Below, in pieces: positions 51,728 to 61,867 of a stretch of 64,000 nt of DNA (within the stretch, counting starts at the first letter, position 1; every line of letters begins with the position of its first letter). Source of the DNA: an uncultured Nitrospiraceae bacterium. GTDB lineage: Bacteria; Nitrospirota; Nitrospiria; Nitrospirales; Nitrospiraceae. Position numbers and translations under genes: made by a program. Location of the stretch: contig CAVSTP010000002.1 of NCBI GenBank assembly GCA_963730935.1, positions 416,001 to 480,000 of the forward strand, read 5' to 3'. Under the pieces are notes generated by a model. The model did no database searches. It worked only from the letters and a program-made list of their open reading frames with translations, and was not told the origin of the DNA.

Positions 51728-51756
51728 TTGACCGGTGGCGATGGGGTCGTTATGCT
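51728..51756 (+). promoter_or_regulatory. Sigma-70 promoter
   Basis: TTGACC-17-TATGCT upstream of 51808. Confidence 0.6.
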
Positions 51757-51807
51757 GGCCAACGCTCGACCATCGTAAGACTGCCGATTGTCGCTTCGAC
51801 GCCTTGA

Positions 51808-53121
51808 ATGACCTCTCAAGACCAGTTCCTTGAAGAATTTCGTTCGCAGATCACCAGACACCTCCAACAACGAGACCAGGAGTGGGAGCGTTCCCGCCGC
51901 CTCCTCGAGGTCTCGCAGTTGGCCATCACGCTTCAGCGTCTGATTGAACGTGTCCGCGCCTCCAACCTATCGCCGGCGCTCCAGGATTCACTCCTCGTTG
52001 CGCTGAATCATGGCAAGGCCCAACGCATCCAGGATTTGTCCGGCCCTAGCCTTAGGACCATCACCGGTCTGCCGCCGAGCAAGGCGCTTCGAGCCTTGTG
52101 CGTGTACTTCGATCTGGTAGAACTACGAACTTCCCGCTGGCAGGTTCCCTCGATAGACAGCGAAACCGTGTCGGCGTTTCTCAGCGATCACCCGACGCCT
52201 TTTGAGCTGTTGTTGACGTCAAATGTGCCTTCGCTTCTTGACCTCGGTGCCGGCGATCTCTCATTCGCCGCAGAGCTGGCGGATCTCTATGCACCGAAGA
52301 TCCAACAACACAACCGAACACTGATCCTGCATTGCATCGATCGGCTGCACCCTCAATCGAAGCTCGGCGGTCCCCTCCATCCGTCACCGGCACTGGTTCA
52401 ACGCCTTCGTTCGCGACCGGACCTGTCGTTTCAATTTTTGCCAGACCAAGACATGTGTGAATTCGAGAGCCTGGCACGCAACGGCAGGCTCGCCACCCGC
52501 TATACCATCTCCACCTGCTGGGCGCCCGCGACTCCAACATTCGCCTACGAGCCGACGCGGCTGTCCCCCGAAGTCATTGAAGAGGAGCTGAACCGCTCGA
52601 AGGGGGCGTTCCGCCACATCCGATATGGCAAGGAATCCGCCCTCGAAGTACAGCATCGTGACCACACGCTGCTCTTTCCGCCTTGGAAGTTTGAGATACG
52701 CGGCCCGCTGGCTCTCCTGGACCTGTTGGCGCGTTCCAGTCACGTGGGCGTGTTGGGCGCCGTTGACAGTCAGGTGTTCTGGGAAGTGCTGGCACAGCTT
52801 CTCGAAGGGGAGCGATACCGGCCGAAAAATGAGCCGTTCACATCCGACAACCTGCCCACCATTTTTGGTGATGTCTACAAACGACTTTCGGCCCTCCCGA
52901 TCGGAGAAGTGCTGGATCTCTCGACGTGCGCGCCGATGCGCACCAACTTTCCTCATGCCTTGCCCGCCACGCGCCTGCGAGACGGCTACAGGTTTCGTTC
53001 GGTCATGATCCGCCGCGGAGCGGTCTTTCCCAACATGCCGGCAAGCAGTACTGCCAGACGGTTTGGCGACATGGTGGAAGAAACACCTCCTTGGATGGTC
53101 ATCGCCGTCCCCGAACCATGA
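51808..53121 (+). CDS. Hypothetical protein with a SAM-methyltransferase-like motif I
   Basis: 437 aa; LLDLGAGDLSF followed by LHCIDR. Confidence 0.75.
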   Translation: MTSQDQFLEEFRSQITRHLQQRDQEWERSRRLLEVSQLAITLQRLIERVRASNLSPALQDSLLVALNHGKAQRIQDLSGPSLRTITGLPPSKALRALCVYFDLVELRTSRWQVPSIDSETVSAFLSDHPTPFELLLTSNVPSLLDLGAGDLSFAAELADLYAPKIQQHNRTLILHCIDRLHPQSKLGGPLHPSPALVQRLRSRPDLSFQFLPDQDMCEFESLARNGRLATRYTISTCWAPATPTFAYEPTRLSPEVIEEELNRSKGAFRHIRYGKESALEVQHRDHTLLFPPWKFEIRGPLALLDLLARSSHVGVLGAVDSQVFWEVLAQLLEGERYRPKNEPFTSDNLPTIFGDVYKRLSALPIGEVLDLSTCAPMRTNFPHALPATRLRDGYRFRSVMIRRGAVFPNMPASSTARRFGDMVEETPPWMVIAVPEP

Positions 53122-53178
53122 TCTGAGGGCGTCTCGGGTGTTCGACGCGCCGATCGTGTGCTGGAATCGGCAGAAAAA

Positions 53179-53207
53179 TTGACCGCCATTCCACCCTTTG
53201 TTAGACT
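53179..53207 (+). promoter_or_regulatory. Sigma-70 promoter of the moxR operon
   Basis: TTGACC-17-TAGACT. Confidence 0.6.
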
Positions 53208-53261
53208 TCAGCGGTGTCACACCACTATCCATTTCGTCGCCACCAGAGCCGATAATCCCCG

Positions 53262-54203
53262 ATGAACGTACCGCGCCCTCTTCAAGCCATCCAGGACAAT
53301 ATTGCCCGCGTGATTAAGGGAAAATCTCACGTCATCGAGATGGCGGTCGTGTGCCTCCTGGCCCGAGGACACTTGCTGCTCGAAGACGTCCCGGGTGTGG
53401 GCAAGACAACACTCGCGCATAGCCTGGCCCGTTCGCTCGACTGTTCGTTCAAGCGCATTCAATTCACGAGCGATTTGTTGCCCTCCGATATCGTCGGCGT
53501 CTCGATCTTCAACCGCCAACAACAGGCGTTTGAATTCGTGCCTGGTCCGATTTTCGCCAACATCGTCCTCGCCGACGAGATCAATCGGACGACCCCTAAA
53601 ACACAAAGCAGCCTGTTGGAAGCGATGAGTGAGGCGCAGATTTCGGTGGACAATCAAACCCATTCGCTGAAGCAGCCGTTCATGGTGATTGCGACGCAAA
53701 ACCCTGCTGAGTATCACGGCACCTTTCCGCTTCCGGAATCTCAACTCGACCGATTCTTGATGCGCTTGCGCATCGGCTATCCATCAGTGGAAGAGGAATT
53801 GAAGGTGCTCAATCGTCCGTACGCGCTGCATCCGGCCGATATTCTGGCTCCGGTGCTTTCCACTCAGGACGTGCTGGAACTTCAACGTGGGATCGAGCAC
53901 GTGCATATGGATGACAGTGTCGGTGAATACCTGCTGGCCCTCGTTCATGCCACAAGACAGAGTGAACTCTTGTCTCTCGGCGTCAGCACGAGAGGGGCCC
54001 TGGCCCTCAACAATGCGGCCAAAGCTTTGGCGCTAGTGCGCGGCCGCGATTTCTGCCTGCCGGACGACGTGAAGGAACTGGCGCCCATCATCCTGTCGCA
54101 CCGGGTGATGCTCAGCCGGGCGCAAGGCATGCGGATGCAGAGCTTTGAACAAGCCGAGCGCGTCGTCCTCGACATCGTCGACACAATTCCCGTTCCTGTT
54201 TGA
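53262..54203 (+). CDS. moxR: MoxR family AAA+ ATPase
   Basis: EDVPGVGKT, RIQFTSDLLPSD, DEINR, ATQNP. Confidence 0.95.
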   Translation: MNVPRPLQAIQDNIARVIKGKSHVIEMAVVCLLARGHLLLEDVPGVGKTTLAHSLARSLDCSFKRIQFTSDLLPSDIVGVSIFNRQQQAFEFVPGPIFANIVLADEINRTTPKTQSSLLEAMSEAQISVDNQTHSLKQPFMVIATQNPAEYHGTFPLPESQLDRFLMRLRIGYPSVEEELKVLNRPYALHPADILAPVLSTQDVLELQRGIEHVHMDDSVGEYLLALVHATRQSELLSLGVSTRGALALNNAAKALALVRGRDFCLPDDVKELAPIILSHRVMLSRAQGMRMQSFEQAERVVLDIVDTIPVPV

Positions 54204-54213
54204 ATCCACGGCC

Positions 54214-55371
54214 ATGGTCAGGCCTGCGATGAACCGCTTCAGGCACTTGCGCGCCGCCCGTCTCAGGTCCCAACTCCGCTTTTTGGCCACCCGCCGGTCG
54301 CTCCGACTGACGTCTGAAGGCACCCGCTTCTTATTGTTCACGATCGGTATCGGCGTGGCAGCCGTGAACACCGGCAACAATCTCTTCTATCTGCTGCTGG
54401 CGATGATGCTGAGCGTCGTGGTGATCTCCGGTGTCCTGTCCGAGCAGTGTTTGCGCCGACTCGACTTCCACCGACATGTGCCGGATCTCATCATGGCCAA
54501 CCAGCCGACGATGGTGACCCTCTCGGTGACCAATCGTAGCCCATGGCTGCCGAGCTTTTCCCTTCGCCTTTTTGACGTCGTAGGCGGACAGGATATCGAC
54601 CGCGGGCTGTTCGTGGACCATTTGCAGGCCCAGCGCTCGGTACTGCTTTCTTACCCGATCCTGGCCACCACCCGCGGACGGCTGAAACTCGAAGGCATCA
54701 GAGCGGAGACGTTGTTCCCCTTCGGATTGTTTCTCAAGCGGGCGCTCTATCGCGTTCCGGCGGAAATTCCGGTCAGCCCTTCGATCAGGCCGCTGTCGCT
54801 CCGATTTGTCGACGAACTCGTCAGCGAAGGCCAGGGGTTGTCGCTTCCGCGCCGTGGACATGGGATGCAGCTGTATAATTTACGTTTGTACCGTCCTGGA
54901 GATGACTCCCGTGCCATCCACTGGATGACCACCGCGCGCACCTCCAACCTGATCGTTCGTGAAACCGAAGCCGAGGACCAGCGACGCGTCACCATTGCAC
55001 TTTCAACGTTGGCACCGGACGATCACGAGGCACTCTTTGAGCAGAGCGTGACGCTCGTCGCCTCGCTCCTCTGGCAACTCTCGCAAAAGTCCTATCCCTT
55101 GCGTCTGATCGTCGATGCAGCGGATTCGGGACTGGGTTCCGGATCGGACCATCTCGTGGCCATGCTCCGGCTGCTCGCCCTCTGCGAGCGTCGGTCTCCC
55201 GGATCCAGTGAGCAGCCCTCCGTCGATCCACTGTGGGACCTTGGGCATGACGCCGAGCGTGGCTACACCGTCGCCGTCATGCCGTGGTCCGATCCTGCGC
55301 TGTCTCCGCCCATGGCGGTCGACCGCATGTTGCACGCATCGCACATCGAGGCCCTGACGCATGATTTTTGA
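54214..55371 (+). CDS. DUF58 family protein
   Basis: Two N-terminal TMs; LRLYRPGDDSRAIHWMTTAR. Confidence 0.9.
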   Translation: MVRPAMNRFRHLRAARLRSQLRFLATRRSLRLTSEGTRFLLFTIGIGVAAVNTGNNLFYLLLAMMLSVVVISGVLSEQCLRRLDFHRHVPDLIMANQPTMVTLSVTNRSPWLPSFSLRLFDVVGGQDIDRGLFVDHLQAQRSVLLSYPILATTRGRLKLEGIRAETLFPFGLFLKRALYRVPAEIPVSPSIRPLSLRFVDELVSEGQGLSLPRRGHGMQLYNLRLYRPGDDSRAIHWMTTARTSNLIVRETEAEDQRRVTIALSTLAPDDHEALFEQSVTLVASLLWQLSQKSYPLRLIVDAADSGLGSGSDHLVAMLRLLALCERRSPGSSEQPSVDPLWDLGHDAERGYTVAVMPWSDPALSPPMAVDRMLHASHIEALTHDF

Positions 55372-57553
55372 GCAGGCCCTCAGAGGCAGTGCCGTACTCT
55401 TGGCAGCCACAGGATTTTTGGGGCTGCTGTTCGCGCGCAGTATTCCGCTCTGGTTGACGGGTATGACCCTGACGGCGCTGATCTACGCTGTCCTGCAGTC
55501 GGCCGGTTGGTCGGCTGGTTGGCCGGCCGGCCGCCGTGGCATCGCTCCACCCGCCGCACCAGTCGTCTGGAATGCGCTGTTGATTGGCGCGTTCGGACTC
55601 TTTCTCGTGGACCTCACGACCATCTCCCAGGAACTGCTTCCAGCCGGCATCCACTTCCTCGTCATCCTCCTTAACGTCAAACTCATCACCCTGCAGGATC
55701 GCCGTGACTACCGCCATCTTTATGCGATCTCTCTCATGGCGGTGCTGGCCTCGGCAGCTTTGACCACCGACCTCTGGTACGTGTCGGTCTTCGTGTTGTA
55801 TGTCTTGGCGGCGGTCTGGAGCTTACTGCTGTACCATCTGACCGGCAGAACTGCTGTAACCCCTCTTTCAGCCAGCAGCCCACCTGCCGCTCTTCCCGCA
55901 TCTCTGCGGATCACGGAGAGGTTTTTCTGGTTGACGAACGGCATCGCCCTCTCGACGTTTGCGTTGACGCTCCTGATTTTCTTTCTGCTCCCCCGCATCA
56001 GCATCGGCATCCTGCAAAAGCCCCGAGGAGAAGGCTTGCGGACGACGGGATTTTCGGAACGAGTCGATCTCGGCATGATCGGCTCCGTGAAAGAGGACCC
56101 GCAGATCGTGATGCGAATAGAGTTGCCGGATCAGACGGCTAGCAGCAGAGAGCGATTCTACTTGCGCGGCCTTGCCTACGATCAGTACAACGGCCGATCG
56201 TGGAGTGCTGGCAGCCGGCAACGCCGAAGCCTCGGACTCGTGGCCGACGGCATATTTGTGGTTCGCTCGGCAGGCAAACGAAGCCTCTCCAGTCTCTCCG
56301 AACCGCTGCGTCAGGACATTTTGCTTGAGGCCTTGGATACGTCGGTGCTGTTTGCCGCTCCTTTCGCCGAATCGCTGAGCGGTGAATTCCCAGGCGTCCA
56401 GGTCGACAGCATGACTGGGCTTCACCTGCCGTATTCCTCAACATCGCGGATGCGCTATTCCGTCGTGTCGCGCGAACACCGGATTCTGCCGAGTGAACAA
56501 TCCGGCGCGGCTCTGGAGTATCCCCCCGCCATCCGCGACCGGTATCTCCAGATCCCTACTCACTCTGATCGAATTGCGGAATTAGCCCACAGTGTGGCGC
56601 GAGGAGCCGCCTCGCCGTACGAGAAGGCCACAGCGGTGCTGCAACATCTGTTGTCGAATTATGCCTATAGCCTTGAGGTGGGCACGACGAGCTCCGGCCC
56701 TCCGATTGACGAGTTTCTGTTTACCAGGAAGACCGGGTATTGTGAACATTATGCGACGGCGATGGTCCTCATGCTCAGAAGCATCGGCATCCCGTCGCGT
56801 TTGGTGACAGGATTCTTGGTAACGGAATGGAACGAGTTCGGAAACTACTACACCGTCCGGCAACGTGACGCCCATGCGTGGGTGGAAATGTATTACCCGC
56901 AATCAGGGTGGATTACGATGGATCCAACGCCTTCAAACCCTCTGGTCTTGGCTCCCTCCTTCTGGGTCGCATTCCAACGATTTGGGGAATCCCTACGCCT
57001 CCATTGGGATCGTGTGTTCATCCGATACAGCGGGCGTGATCAATTGGCCATCATCCACAGTTTACGGGACGGCAGTGATTCCGCCCGTGACGCGCTCGGT
57101 CAGTGGACTTCCGCAGTCGGCTCGGCATCCGCTCAGTTTATGCAAACCTGGGCGGAGCGAGTGCAGACACTTCATCGGAACATATTGTGGACGTTGATGC
57201 TGGTCTTGGCGATCGGCGTCACCAGTCTGATTCTCTTGATCTCGGACCGATGGCCGTACGGCCGCGCAACACCGCGTCCCGCGGCACGAACACAACAGCA
57301 GATCGTTCACGTATACAAGAAGATGCTGGCATTGTCTGCGCGGCGGGGGATACGCATCACACCGTCGACAACCCCCACGGAGGTGTCGAGGCTCGTGAGC
57401 GAGCGATGGATAGCCGCTGAATCCATCGTCGTCAGACTGACAACGCTTTATTGCCGAGCGCGTTTCGGCGTCGGCTCAGTGTCGAGCGAAGAACTCATGC
57501 AAGGTGTCAAAGACCTTGCCGTGCTGAAACGGCTCGCGCGCACACGCGAATAG
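55361..57553 (+). CDS. Membrane transglutaminase (DUF3488 + TGase + DUF4129), TgpA-like
   Basis: GYCEHYA, HAWVE, DPTP catalytic triad; multi-TM N-terminus. Confidence 0.92.
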   Translation: MIFEQALRGSAVLLAATGFLGLLFARSIPLWLTGMTLTALIYAVLQSAGWSAGWPAGRRGIAPPAAPVVWNALLIGAFGLFLVDLTTISQELLPAGIHFLVILLNVKLITLQDRRDYRHLYAISLMAVLASAALTTDLWYVSVFVLYVLAAVWSLLLYHLTGRTAVTPLSASSPPAALPASLRITERFFWLTNGIALSTFALTLLIFFLLPRISIGILQKPRGEGLRTTGFSERVDLGMIGSVKEDPQIVMRIELPDQTASSRERFYLRGLAYDQYNGRSWSAGSRQRRSLGLVADGIFVVRSAGKRSLSSLSEPLRQDILLEALDTSVLFAAPFAESLSGEFPGVQVDSMTGLHLPYSSTSRMRYSVVSREHRILPSEQSGAALEYPPAIRDRYLQIPTHSDRIAELAHSVARGAASPYEKATAVLQHLLSNYAYSLEVGTTSSGPPIDEFLFTRKTGYCEHYATAMVLMLRSIGIPSRLVTGFLVTEWNEFGNYYTVRQRDAHAWVEMYYPQSGWITMDPTPSNPLVLAPSFWVAFQRFGESLRLHWDRVFIRYSGRDQLAIIHSLRDGSDSARDALGQWTSAVGSASAQFMQTWAERVQTLHRNILWTLMLVLAIGVTSLILLISDRWPYGRATPRPAARTQQQIVHVYKKMLALSARRGIRITPSTTPTEVSRLVSERWIAAESIVVRLTTLYCRARFGVGSVSSEELMQGVKDLAVLKRLARTRE

Positions 57554-57744
57554 CCTTCCAGTTTCCGCTTCTTTAAGCACGCCATTCCTGGTCGCACGTT
57601 CACACCATTTCGAGACTTCTGGATTCTTGCAGAGGAGGGCCCATAGCCTCGCGACTCACGAGGGGAATCACACTGGAGGTGTTTGTCCGGCAGCGCAAGG
57701 AAGAGGACTTCGCCGATGAGCCGCCGGCACGAGCAAGCTAGGTC

Positions 57745-57819
57745 TGGAGCGGGAAAAGGGATTTGAACCCTCGACCCTCGCCTTGGCAAGGCGATGCTCT
57801 ACCACTGAGCTATTCCCGC
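57745..57819 (-). tRNA. tRNA-Gly (GCC)
   Basis: GCGGGAATAGCTCAGTGGTAGAGCATCGCCTTGCCAAGGCGAGGGTCGAGGGTTCAAATCCCTTTTCCCGCTCCA; cloverleaf with encoded CCA. Confidence 0.97.
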
Positions 57820-57845
57820 TCAAGGATGGTGGGGAAAGAGGTCGG

Positions 57846-57874
57846 ATTCTACTCATGAGCCTCCGGGCTGTCAA
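57846..57874 (-). promoter_or_regulatory. Sigma-70 promoter of tRNA-Gly
   Basis: TTGACA-17-TAGAAT. Confidence 0.8.
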
Positions 57875-58089
57875 GCAATGAACAGCTCGGGACGAGAGGG
57901 TGGAACTCGTTACGTATCGAGAAGCGTGCTACGAAATGGTAACACGGGCAAAATATTCATAAGCTGATGTTTGTTCAGCGGTTTTTTATATTTCTGAGCT
58001 TGGCACTCAGTTGGGCGATACAGCCAATACCCATAGGTAACGAAACCCGATAATTCGTCAGACCGTCAAACAGTAACTTTAACCTTTGT

Positions 58090-58102
58090 TATCAACAATT
58101 TA
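58090..58102. promoter_or_regulatory. IHF-type site upstream of nxrA
   Basis: TATCAA-CAAT-TTA, 35 bp before the -24 box. Confidence 0.65.
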
Positions 58103-58137
58103 ACTGTCTTCCATCGCTATCCCACCCGCGCTGAGTA

Positions 58138-58153
58138 TGGCGTGTATTTTGCC
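58138..58153 (+). promoter_or_regulatory. Sigma-54 promoter of nxrAB
   Basis: TGGCGT-GTATT-TTGCC. Confidence 0.7.
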
Positions 58154-58346
58154 AATCCTATAGCCCCATGATGCTGGAAATTTCTAGAAAATCGATCCTG
58201 CAGCCGCAGTTAGATGCTGGCCGCTCGCTCATTTTCGACGAACTCTCAGCACCAGCTCTTGAGATGAAGGGGGGTGGGAAACATCCGTTGTGTGTCGCGT
58301 TAGGAATGTGGGCTCTCTGAGAGCCTCAACTTAGGAGGTGTCACCA

Positions 58347-61300
58347 ATGTTTCTGTCACGCAGACAGTTTTTAAAGGTCACGGCCGGGACGGTTGCCGCA
58401 GTAGCGGTGGCCGATAAGGTCCTGGCGTTGACGGCTCTGCAGCCGGTCATCGAGGTGGGCAACCCCCTCGGCGAATATCCAGACCGGTCGTGGGAGCGGG
58501 TCTATCACGATCAGTACCGGTATGATTCCTCGTTTACGTGGTGTTGTTCTCCCAACGACACGCACGGCTGCCGCGTGCGGGCCTTCGTCCGTAACGGCGT
58601 CGTCATGCGCGTCGAGCAGAACTACGATCACCAGACGTACGAAGACCTCTACGGCAACCGCGGGACGTTCGCGCATAACCCGCGCATGTGCTTGAAGGGG
58701 TTCACCTTCCATCGCCGCGTGTACGGCCCCTATCGCTTGAAGGGACCGTTGATGCGCAAAGGTTGGAAGGAGTGGATGGATGCCGGAGGTCCGGAACTGA
58801 CCCCGGATGTGAAGCGCAAATACAAATTCGACGCCCGTTTCCTGGACGACATGATGCGGGTGTCTTGGGATACGGCGGCGACCTATGCGGCCAAAGGCTG
58901 CATTCTGATCGCGACCCGCTACAGCGGGGAAGCCGGAGCCCGGCGGTTGCGGGAACAGGGCTATGCGCCGGAAATGATCGAGATGATGAAGGGCGCCGGG
59001 GTGCGCTGCTTCAAGCATCGCGCCGGTATGCCGGTCCTGGGCATCATCGGCAAGATGATGAACACGCGGTTTAACGGTGGAGTATTACCCCTTCTCGATT
59101 CGTGGATTCGCAAGGTGGATGCGGATCGGGCACAGGGCGGCAAGTACTATTCGAACTATACCTGGCACGGCGACCAGGACCCGTCGCATCCGTGGTGGAA
59201 CGGCACTCAGAACTGCGACGTCGACCTCTCCGACATGCGCTTCTCCAAGCTGAACACCAGCTGGGGCAAGAACTTCGTCGAGAACAAGATGCCGGAGGCG
59301 CACTGGAAGCTCGAGTCGATCGAGCGCGGCGCCCGCATCGTCGTGATTACGCCGGAGTACAACCCCACGGCCTATCGGGCGGACTACTGGATTCCGGTCC
59401 GGCCGCAAACCGATGCGGCGTTGTTCTTGGGCAGCTGCAAACTCATCCTCGATGAGAATTTGCAGGACATCGATTACATCAAGCAGTTTACCGACATGCC
59501 GCTGCTCGTCCGCACGGATACCTTGCAGTATCTGGACCCGCGCGATGTGATCGCCGATTTCAAGTTCCCGGATTTCTCCAAGAGCTACTCGGGTCGCATT
59601 CAAGCCCTCAAGCCGGACCAGATTGAACGCCTGGGCGGCATGATGGTGTGGGACCTCAACAAGAAGCAGGCGGTGCCGCTGCATCGGGAACAAGTGGGCT
59701 ACCACTTTGTCCAGTCCGGCATTGATCCAGCCTTGACGGGGACCTTCCGGGTCAAGCTGTTGAATGGCCGCGAAGTCGACGTTTCGCCGATCTATCAGAT
59801 GTACCTCGTGCACCTGCAGGACTACGATCTGGACACCGTGGCGCAGATCACGCGCGCGCCGAAGGACCTCATCGTGCGGTACGGCCGGGATTCGGGCACG
59901 ATCAAGCCCGCGGCGATGCACAACGGCGAAGGCGTCTGCCACTATTTCCATATGACGGAAATGGGACGAGCCGCCGCGCTGATATCAACCCTTACTGGGA
60001 ACATCGGGAAGTTCGGCACCGGCTGTCACACCTGGTCGGGCAACTACAAGGCGGGCATCTGGAATGCCACGCCCTGGTCCGGCGCAGGCTTGGCCGTGCA
60101 CACGGGCGAGGATCCGTTCAATCAGACCCTCGATCCGAATGCGCACGGAAAAGAAATCAAGACGAAGAGCTACTACTACGGCGAGGAAGTGGGATACTGG
60201 AACCACGGGGACACGGCCCTCATCGTCAACACGCCGAAGTACGGCCGCAAGGTGTTCACGGGCAAAACCCACATGCCGAGCCCCAGCAAAGTCCGCTGGG
60301 TGACCAACGTGAACATTTTGAACAACGCCAAGCACCACTATGACATGGTGCGCAACGTGGATCCGAACATCGAGATGATCGTGACGCAAGACATCGAGAT
60401 GACCTCGGACGTGAACCATGCCGACATCGCCTTTGCCTGCAATTCCTGGATGGAATTCACCTATCCGGAAATGACGGCGACGGTGTCGAATCCCTGGGTG
60501 CAGATTTGGAAGGGCGGGATCCGTCCGTTGTACGACACACGCAACGACGCCGACACGTTCGGAGCCGTCGCGGTGAAGTTGACGGAAATGACAGGCGATG
60601 TCCGTATCCGCCAGGTCTTCCACTTCGTCTACATGAACCGCGTCGACGTATACGTACAGCGTGCGCTGGATGCCAGCGCGACCTGCTACGGCTACAGCGC
60701 GGACGTCATGTTGAAGTCGGAGAAGGGCTGGATGGTCATGGGACGCACCTATCCGCGCCATCCACTCTGGGAAGAAACCAACGAGTCCAAGCCACAATGG
60801 ACGCGGTGCGGCCGGATCGAGACCTACCGGATCGAGCCGGAAGCGATCGAATACGGAGAGAACTTCGTCGTGCATCGCGAAGGGCCGGAGGCGACGCCTT
60901 ACCTGCCGAACGCGATCATGACGAGCAACCCGTACGTCCGACCGGACGACTACGGGATTCCCATCACGGCGCAGCACCACGACGACAAGCACGTCCGCAA
61001 CATCAAGCTACCATGGGGCGAGATCAAGCGGAACCAGAACCCGTTGTGGGAGAAGGGGTACCAGTTCTACTGCGTCACCCCGAAGACGCGGCACCGGGTG
61101 CACAGCCAGTGGTCGGTGAACGACTGGGTGCAGATTTACGAGTCGAACTTCGGCGATCCGTATCGGATGGACAAACGGACACCGGGCGTCGGCGAGCACC
61201 AGTTGCACATCAATCCGCAGGCCGCCAAGGACCGCGGCATCAACGACGGCGACTACATCTATGTGGACGGCAACCCGGTGGACCGGCCGTATCGCGGCTG

Positions 61301-61784
61301 GAAGCCCTCGGATCCGTTCTACAAGGTCGCCCGGTTGATGATCCGTTGTAAGTACAACCCGGCGTATCCGTACCACGTGACGATGGCGAAGCACGCCCCG
61401 TACGTGTCCACGGCGAAATCGGTGAAAGGCCACGAGACCCGGCCGGACGGACGGGCCATCGCGGTGGACACCGGTTATCAATCCAACTTCCGGTACGGGG
61501 CCCAACAGTCCTTTACCCGGTCGTGGCTGATGCCGATGCACCAAACCGACTCGCTCCCCGGCAAGCACGCGATTGCCTGGAAGTTCAAGTGGGGCTACGC
61601 GATCGACCACCATGCGGTCAATACGACGCCGAAAGAATGCTTGATCCGCATCACCAAGGCGGAAGACGGCGGCATCGGCGCTCGCGGTCCATGGGAACCG
61701 GTCCGGACCGGCTTCACTCCGGGTCAGGAGAACGAGTTCATGATCAAGTGGCTCAAAGGCGAACACATCAAGATCAAGGTGTAA
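58347..61784 (+). CDS. nxrA: Nitrite oxidoreductase alpha subunit (periplasmic Nitrospira type)
   Basis: Tat SRRQFLK; C-x3-D-x3-C...C FS0 motif; Mo-ligand TWHGD; RBS AGGAGG; strong GC3 bias. Confidence 0.97.
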   Translation: MFLSRRQFLKVTAGTVAAVAVADKVLALTALQPVIEVGNPLGEYPDRSWERVYHDQYRYDSSFTWCCSPNDTHGCRVRAFVRNGVVMRVEQNYDHQTYEDLYGNRGTFAHNPRMCLKGFTFHRRVYGPYRLKGPLMRKGWKEWMDAGGPELTPDVKRKYKFDARFLDDMMRVSWDTAATYAAKGCILIATRYSGEAGARRLREQGYAPEMIEMMKGAGVRCFKHRAGMPVLGIIGKMMNTRFNGGVLPLLDSWIRKVDADRAQGGKYYSNYTWHGDQDPSHPWWNGTQNCDVDLSDMRFSKLNTSWGKNFVENKMPEAHWKLESIERGARIVVITPEYNPTAYRADYWIPVRPQTDAALFLGSCKLILDENLQDIDYIKQFTDMPLLVRTDTLQYLDPRDVIADFKFPDFSKSYSGRIQALKPDQIERLGGMMVWDLNKKQAVPLHREQVGYHFVQSGIDPALTGTFRVKLLNGREVDVSPIYQMYLVHLQDYDLDTVAQITRAPKDLIVRYGRDSGTIKPAAMHNGEGVCHYFHMTEMGRAAALISTLTGNIGKFGTGCHTWSGNYKAGIWNATPWSGAGLAVHTGEDPFNQTLDPNAHGKEIKTKSYYYGEEVGYWNHGDTALIVNTPKYGRKVFTGKTHMPSPSKVRWVTNVNILNNAKHHYDMVRNVDPNIEMIVTQDIEMTSDVNHADIAFACNSWMEFTYPEMTATVSNPWVQIWKGGIRPLYDTRNDADTFGAVAVKLTEMTGDVRIRQVFHFVYMNRVDVYVQRALDASATCYGYSADVMLKSEKGWMVMGRTYPRHPLWEETNESKPQWTRCGRIETYRIEPEAIEYGENFVVHREGPEATPYLPNAIMTSNPYVRPDDYGIPITAQHHDDKHVRNIKLPWGEIKRNQNPLWEKGYQFYCVTPKTRHRVHSQWSVNDWVQIYESNFGDPYRMDKRTPGVGEHQLHINPQAAKDRGINDGDYIYVDGNPVDRPYRGWKPSDPFYKVARLMIRCKYNPAYPYHVTMAKHAPYVSTAKSVKGHETRPDGRAIAVDTGYQSNFRYGAQQSFTRSWLMPMHQTDSLPGKHAIAWKFKWGYAIDHHAVNTTPKECLIRITKAEDGGIGARGPWEPVRTGFTPGQENEFMIKWLKGEHIKIKV

Positions 61785-61867
61785 GGCCAGAGTCATGCAA
61801 CTTGACCAAGATGTCACCAATGAGAGTCTTATTCACCATTTGATCATGACCAGAAGGAGGATTCACA

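Noticed and set aside
49657..57553. SWIM + MoxR as a single novel system
   Set aside because: The genes are on different strands with separate promoters; moxR-DUF58-transglutaminase is a common known triad
57554..57745. Possible integrated element or att site at the tRNA-Gly 3' end; short frame ...LEVFVRQRKEEDFADEPPARAS*
   Set aside because: No integrase, no duplicated tRNA 3' end found and no credible start codon
58001..58016. Second sigma-54-like TGGCAC upstream of nxrA
   Set aside because: The -12 element (TGGGC) does not give GG-N10-GC
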